DNA of 64,000 bases from Spirochaetaceae bacterium (lineage in GTDB: Bacteria > Spirochaetota > Spirochaetia > DSM-2461). The translations under genes were made by a program, and so were the position numbers. The stretch is taken from assembly GCA_051531975.1 (NCBI GenBank), contig JAOPTT010000017.1, forward strand, positions 1 to 64,000. Reading direction: 5' to 3'. The stretch's first letter is position 1. The number at the start of each line of letters is the position of its first letter. Below the pieces are notes generated by a model. The model was not told the origin of the DNA, searched no databases, and saw only the letters and a list, made by a program, of their open reading frames with translations. Positions 59,975 through 64,000 of the stretch are shown here, piece after piece.

Positions 59975-61299
59975 TATGCTTCTCCATCAAAGTTATGGCC
60001 CGAGATATTACCCTGTTCCGTTAAGGTATCTTTTATTGATACATCTTCGTCGATATCTTGCCTCAAAAATTTATTTATATCGTCCATTTTATCTATAGCT
60101 TCATCTATATCTGGGCTAGAACCTTTAGCATAGGCACCAATATTAATTAGATCCTCTTTATCTTTATACAGAGCTAACATCTTTCTAATATAACCCATGT
60201 TTTGCTGTACTGGTTTACTTGTAATTTTATTTGTAAGTCTAGAAACTGATTGTAATACATCAACAGCTGGATAGTGGAACTTATGGGCTAGATCTCTACT
60301 TAATACAATATGACCATCTAAGATACCCCTAACTGCATCCGCAATTGGCTCGTCCATATCGTCACCTTCGACTAATATTGTATATAACCCGGTAATTGAA
60401 CCTTTATCGTTAGTTCCAGCACGCTCTAATAGTTTTGGTAACATTGTGAATACCGAAGGAGTATAACCTCTTGTTGCTGGTGGTTCCCCAGTTGAAAGTC
60501 CAATTTCTCTCTGGGCCATTGCAAAACGTGTAACTGAATCAAATAGTAACATAACATCTTTACCCTGGTCTCGGAAAAACTCAGCTACTGCTGTTGCTAC
60601 AAATGCACCTTTGAGTCTAGCTAATGGTGGAGTATCCCCTGTTGCAACAATTACAACTGAACGTTTTAATCCCTCTTCACCTAAATCATTTTCTAGGAAT
60701 TCTAGAACCTCACGGCCCCTCTCTCCTATTAATGCTATAACATTTATATCTGCGTTTGTATTTCGGGCTACCATCCCCATTAATGTAGATTTACCAACAC
60801 CAGAACCTGCAAAGATTCCAACTCTTTGGCCTTTACCTAGTGGGATTAATCCATCTATCGATTTAACACCTGTAATTATTCTGTCTTCTATTCGTTTACG
60901 GCTCATGGCATTTGGAGGTTTGTTCATGGCAGGGTATCTAGTTGTTGAAACTATTGCACCTTTGCCATCTGTTGGTCTTCCAAGTCCATCTAAAACTCTA
61001 CCTAACATGTCGTTAGATACGTTCACATGCAAAGTTTCACCACTTGCTGTTACTAAAGATCCAATTTTTACACCATCCATTTCACCAAATGGCATTAGCT
61101 GAACAGTTGTTCCTTTAAGTGCAACAACTTCGCACCATAGTCTTTCTGCAGCATCAATAGTTATATAACAGAGTTCCCCAATAACAGCCTGGGGCCCAGA
61201 GCTCTCTATCATCATGCCGTGGATACCGATAACACTACCTGTAAACTTTACAGGTTCGAGTTTATCTAAAGTTGAAAAATATTTATCAAAGATCTCCAT
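59974..61299 (-). CDS. fliI: Flagellar export ATPase FliI
   Basis: GIFAGSGVGKSTL, LIGERGREV, DSVTRFAMA and GILDGHIVLSR. Confidence 0.96.
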   Translation of the reverse strand: MEIFDKYFSTLDKLEPVKFTGSVIGIHGMMIESSGPQAVIGELCYITIDAAERLWCEVVALKGTTVQLMPFGEMDGVKIGSLVTASGETLHVNVSNDMLGRVLDGLGRPTDGKGAIVSTTRYPAMNKPPNAMSRKRIEDRIITGVKSIDGLIPLGKGQRVGIFAGSGVGKSTLMGMVARNTNADINVIALIGERGREVLEFLENDLGEEGLKRSVVIVATGDTPPLARLKGAFVATAVAEFFRDQGKDVMLLFDSVTRFAMAQREIGLSTGEPPATRGYTPSVFTMLPKLLERAGTNDKGSITGLYTILVEGDDMDEPIADAVRGILDGHIVLSRDLAHKFHYPAVDVLQSVSRLTNKITSKPVQQNMGYIRKMLALYKDKEDLINIGAYAKGSSPDIDEAIDKMDDINKFLRQDIDEDVSIKDTLTEQGNISGHNFDGEA

Positions 61300-62233
61300 A
61301 TTCCTCTAACCTCTTTTTCTCCATATCTGCTTTAATTGGCATTAGATCTCGGATTCTGTCTTCGATCTCTCTTAACTGACTAGAAATTCTAGCATCTATA
61401 CGTCCAAGGTTAGTTTCAATTATACAGCCACCCTTCTCAATAGTAGAGTCCTCTAATACTGTAATAGCAGAGACACTTTCTATCATCTCCATAAAGTCTT
61501 TAATATGCTCAGTTGTTAGGTTTACATCTGCAAGGTTAACTTTAATTTCAACTTCACCCCTAGATTTCATTTTTCTCAGAGCCTGAACAACATTACTTAA
61601 TATAACATTTTTTTGATCTTCTGAGATAACTTTTACAACTTTTTTAGAAATTAGAAGTACAAGCTCAACCATCTGATTTTCAGCTTCCATTATAATTTCA
61701 CGTCGTTTATCTATTGCTGCATTTAGAACTTTATGTACTCGATCTACAAGTCTCTGAACTTCATCATGCCCAGAGGCGTAACCCTCTTCTTTACCGATTG
61801 TTACACCTTTATCTAAAGCTTCTGCTCTAATTCTCTCTGTTTCAGCCTTAGCTTCTGTTATGAGTTTTTCAGCTTCTACTTTAGCCTCGTTTACTGTCTG
61901 TACTGCTTCATCTTTTAACTTATTAGCTTCTATCTGAGCGTCTTCAATTGTACGTTGAGCCATCTGAGCACTAGATTCCTGAGCTTTTTCTTTGATAGAA
62001 AATACTTCGTTTTCTGCCTGGGATATCATGAACTGTTTCTCTTCGTCCCATCTGGCTTTAAACTCTTCGGCTTCCCGTCTTAAATCGTCTGCTGTAGGGC
62101 CTAAATATTCATCTATCTCTTCTAACTCGTCTAACTCTTCAACTTCTTCTAAACTTTCAAAAACCGGTGGAGCAATCTCAACTTTTTGTACGAGATTCAT
62201 TATTTCCATCGGTCTAAATACATTTTGTGCCAT
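61286..62233 (-). CDS. fliH: Flagellar assembly protein FliH
   Basis: AxxxG repeats and GGCIIETNLGRIDARI; located between fliG and fliI. Confidence 0.93.
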   Translation of the reverse strand: MAQNVFRPMEIMNLVQKVEIAPPVFESLEEVEELDELEEIDEYLGPTADDLRREAEEFKARWDEEKQFMISQAENEVFSIKEKAQESSAQMAQRTIEDAQIEANKLKDEAVQTVNEAKVEAEKLITEAKAETERIRAEALDKGVTIGKEEGYASGHDEVQRLVDRVHKVLNAAIDKRREIIMEAENQMVELVLLISKKVVKVISEDQKNVILSNVVQALRKMKSRGEVEIKVNLADVNLTTEHIKDFMEMIESVSAITVLEDSTIEKGGCIIETNLGRIDARISSQLREIEDRIRDLMPIKADMEKKRLEEYGDL

Positions 62234-62244
62234 CTAGATAACCC

Positions 62245-63270
62245 CTATACCATTACGTCTTCTTCGCCACCACGTGCAATAATAACTTCACCTTGCTCTT
62301 CAAGTTTCCGTATTATTGATACGATCTTCTGTTGGGCATCTTCTACATCTTTACGTCTAGTAGGACCCATATATTCCATATCCTCTTTTAAAAGAGCCGC
62401 AGCTCTCTTACTCATGTTTCTGTATATTTTATCTTGTACATCACCATCACAACCTTTAAGGGCTTTAGATAATTCTGATGTATCAACTTCACGCATGATT
62501 TTCTGGATAGATTTATCGTCAAGCATAACAATGTCCTCGAATACAAACATTCGTTTCTTGATCTCTTCTGCTAATTCTGGATCGTCTTCTTCTAGTACCT
62601 CGATAATACTTTTCTCTGTAGTTCTATCTACAAGGTTTAAGATTTCTACGATACTTTCAACACCACCTGCCGAGGTATAATCCTCTTGAGATACTGATGA
62701 TAGTTTCTTCTCTAGTACCCGCTCAACCTCTCTTAAAATCTCAGGAGAGGTTCTTTGCATTGTTGCAATACGTCTAGCAACATCTGACTGTTTTTCGGCT
62801 GGGAGTTGTCCTAAAATAACAGATGCTTTTGCTGGTTCTAAATATGCTAAAATAAGAGCGATAGTTTGTGGATGCTCCTGTTGTATAAAGTTTAAAAGGT
62901 GGGCAGGGTCCGTTCTTCTAATAAAGTCAAAAGGTCTAGTTTGTAGGGAGGATGTAAGTCTGTTAATTATATCAACAGCCTTTTGGTTACCTAATGATTT
63001 TTCTAAAAGTTCACGGGCGTAATCTATACCACCGTTAGATATAAAGTCCTGAGCTAACATTAGCTCTTGAAACTCACCTAATACCTGGTCACGTTGTTCT
63101 GAGTCTATATTATCTAATCGGGCAATCTCAAAGGTTAAAACTTCGATCTCGTCCTCTCTTAAATGCTTAAATATCTCTGAAGATATCTCAGATCCAAGGG
63201 TTACAAGGAATATGGCAGCTTTCTGTCGTCCTGTGAGTTCCTCTTTGTGGGTCTGTTTTTTCTTAGCCAT
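62245..63270 (-). CDS. fliG: Flagellar motor switch protein FliG
   Basis: QKAAIFL, GGIDYA, EHPQTIALIL, MFVFEDI and NMSKRAA. Confidence 0.97.
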   Translation of the reverse strand: MAKKKQTHKEELTGRQKAAIFLVTLGSEISSEIFKHLREDEIEVLTFEIARLDNIDSEQRDQVLGEFQELMLAQDFISNGGIDYARELLEKSLGNQKAVDIINRLTSSLQTRPFDFIRRTDPAHLLNFIQQEHPQTIALILAYLEPAKASVILGQLPAEKQSDVARRIATMQRTSPEILREVERVLEKKLSSVSQEDYTSAGGVESIVEILNLVDRTTEKSIIEVLEEDDPELAEEIKKRMFVFEDIVMLDDKSIQKIMREVDTSELSKALKGCDGDVQDKIYRNMSKRAAALLKEDMEYMGPTRRKDVEDAQQKIVSIIRKLEEQGEVIIARGGEEDVMV

Positions 63271-63277
63271 TTATTAC

Positions 63278-64000
63278 CTACTCCTCTGCTAACCAGGTTC
63301 TGATAAGTTGTGCAACATCTTCAGGGTGCTCACGGGCAACATTAAGCGCCTGTTCTTGCATCTCAAGTCGTGCTCTGTCTTCAACAGACATTTCAACTTC
63401 CATACCATCTTCTTCTGCACTTCTAAGTGCTGCTTCACGCATTGCTTGATGTTGTCGAGCCATCTCTTCTTCTTTAAGTCTTCGACGTCTCTCCATCTCT
63501 TTGGAAACTATACGCATAACAACAAATATGATTACAATTAAAACTAGCCCTAAAATAGAAAATAGTACAATCTTTTTTCTATTTTGTGCATCGCGTTCTA
63601 TTTTATTTTCAGCTTCAAATTCAGCTGATCTATCAAACTGAATTGCTTGAACTGTTACAGAATCACCATTTGCAATATCAAAGTTAATAGCTTTTTTGAT
63701 TAACTCTTCAGCTGCTGCTATTTCTTCTACTGTTAATGGTATAAAATCTCTAACTATTAAACCACTTTCAATTAGAATATTTCCATCTTTATCATACTGT
63801 TTCTTCCAACGACCATCAATATTAACCGCAACGGAAGTTCTCTCTTTTTTCCACTGACTTTTAATTTGGTTGGTTTTTATAGTATTTATCTCTTTATTTA
63901 TAATTTCACTGCTTTGATTATAGGTTCCTGCCATTGTATCAAGTTCCTGATACTGTGGTGGAGTTTGTCCTTCAGCCCCTGCTGGACCTTCTGGAGTAAA
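63278..64000 (-). CDS. fliF: Flagellar M-ring protein FliF, 5'-truncated by the window edge
   Basis: The frame is open from 64000 (FTPEGPAG.EGQTPP), with SVAVNIDG, GDSVTV, a TM helix and PEDVAQLIRTWL. Confidence 0.93.
   Translation of the reverse strand, partial: FTPEGPAGAEGQTPPQYQELDTMAGTYNQSSEIINKEINTIKTNQIKSQWKKERTSVAVNIDGRWKKQYDKDGNILIESGLIVRDFIPLTVEEIAAAEELIKKAINFDIANGDSVTVQAIQFDRSAEFEAENKIERDAQNRKKIVLFSILGLVLIVIIFVVMRIVSKEMERRRRLKEEEMARQHQAMREAALRSAEEDGMEVEMSVEDRARLEMQEQALNVAREHPEDVAQLIRTWLAEE

Overview
AT-rich bacterial chromosomal window, most likely from a free-living anaerobic spirochaete. The fliF-fliG-fliH-fliI-fliJ-flbB order and the FlbB-like collar protein are the basis for that inference. 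Left to right it holds: the 3' end of a hybrid histidine kinase; a sigma54 promoter/activator pair driving an oxidoreductase-hydrolase operon; a double-Cache chemoreceptor; an iorAB-ptb-buk-aminotransferase operon; an unannotated 49-codon transcription unit; an EB_dh-type heme lipoprotein; and a large hybrid kinase. Next come a sugar ABC importer with an orphan MtaA/URO-D-fold enzyme and a YesMN-like pair, then an XRE/membrane-protein pair with four tandem operators. An 11-kb LacI-type cluster follows (ABC importer, GH130, glucosylglycerate-phosphorylase-like GH13_18, two MggS-like glycosyltransferases) with three candidate operators. From 44.6 to 51.5 kb lies a zone of same-strand gene fragments with attC-like remnants, interrupted by a nitrite/sulfite reductase and a NiCoT/DUF1007 pair. 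The window ends with yqeC-yqeB-xdhC-moeA-like genes, a RecQ fragment, an amino-acid ABC transporter, MscS and flagellar genes. I saw no rRNA, tRNA, CRISPR array, integrase or transposase. The best candidates for an undescribed system are the glycosyl-glycerate import/phosphorolysis regulon (33.4-44.6 kb) and the sugar-ABC plus orphan Zn-MT2 locus (24.8-32.6 kb). All family calls come from motif recognition by eye; no searches were run.
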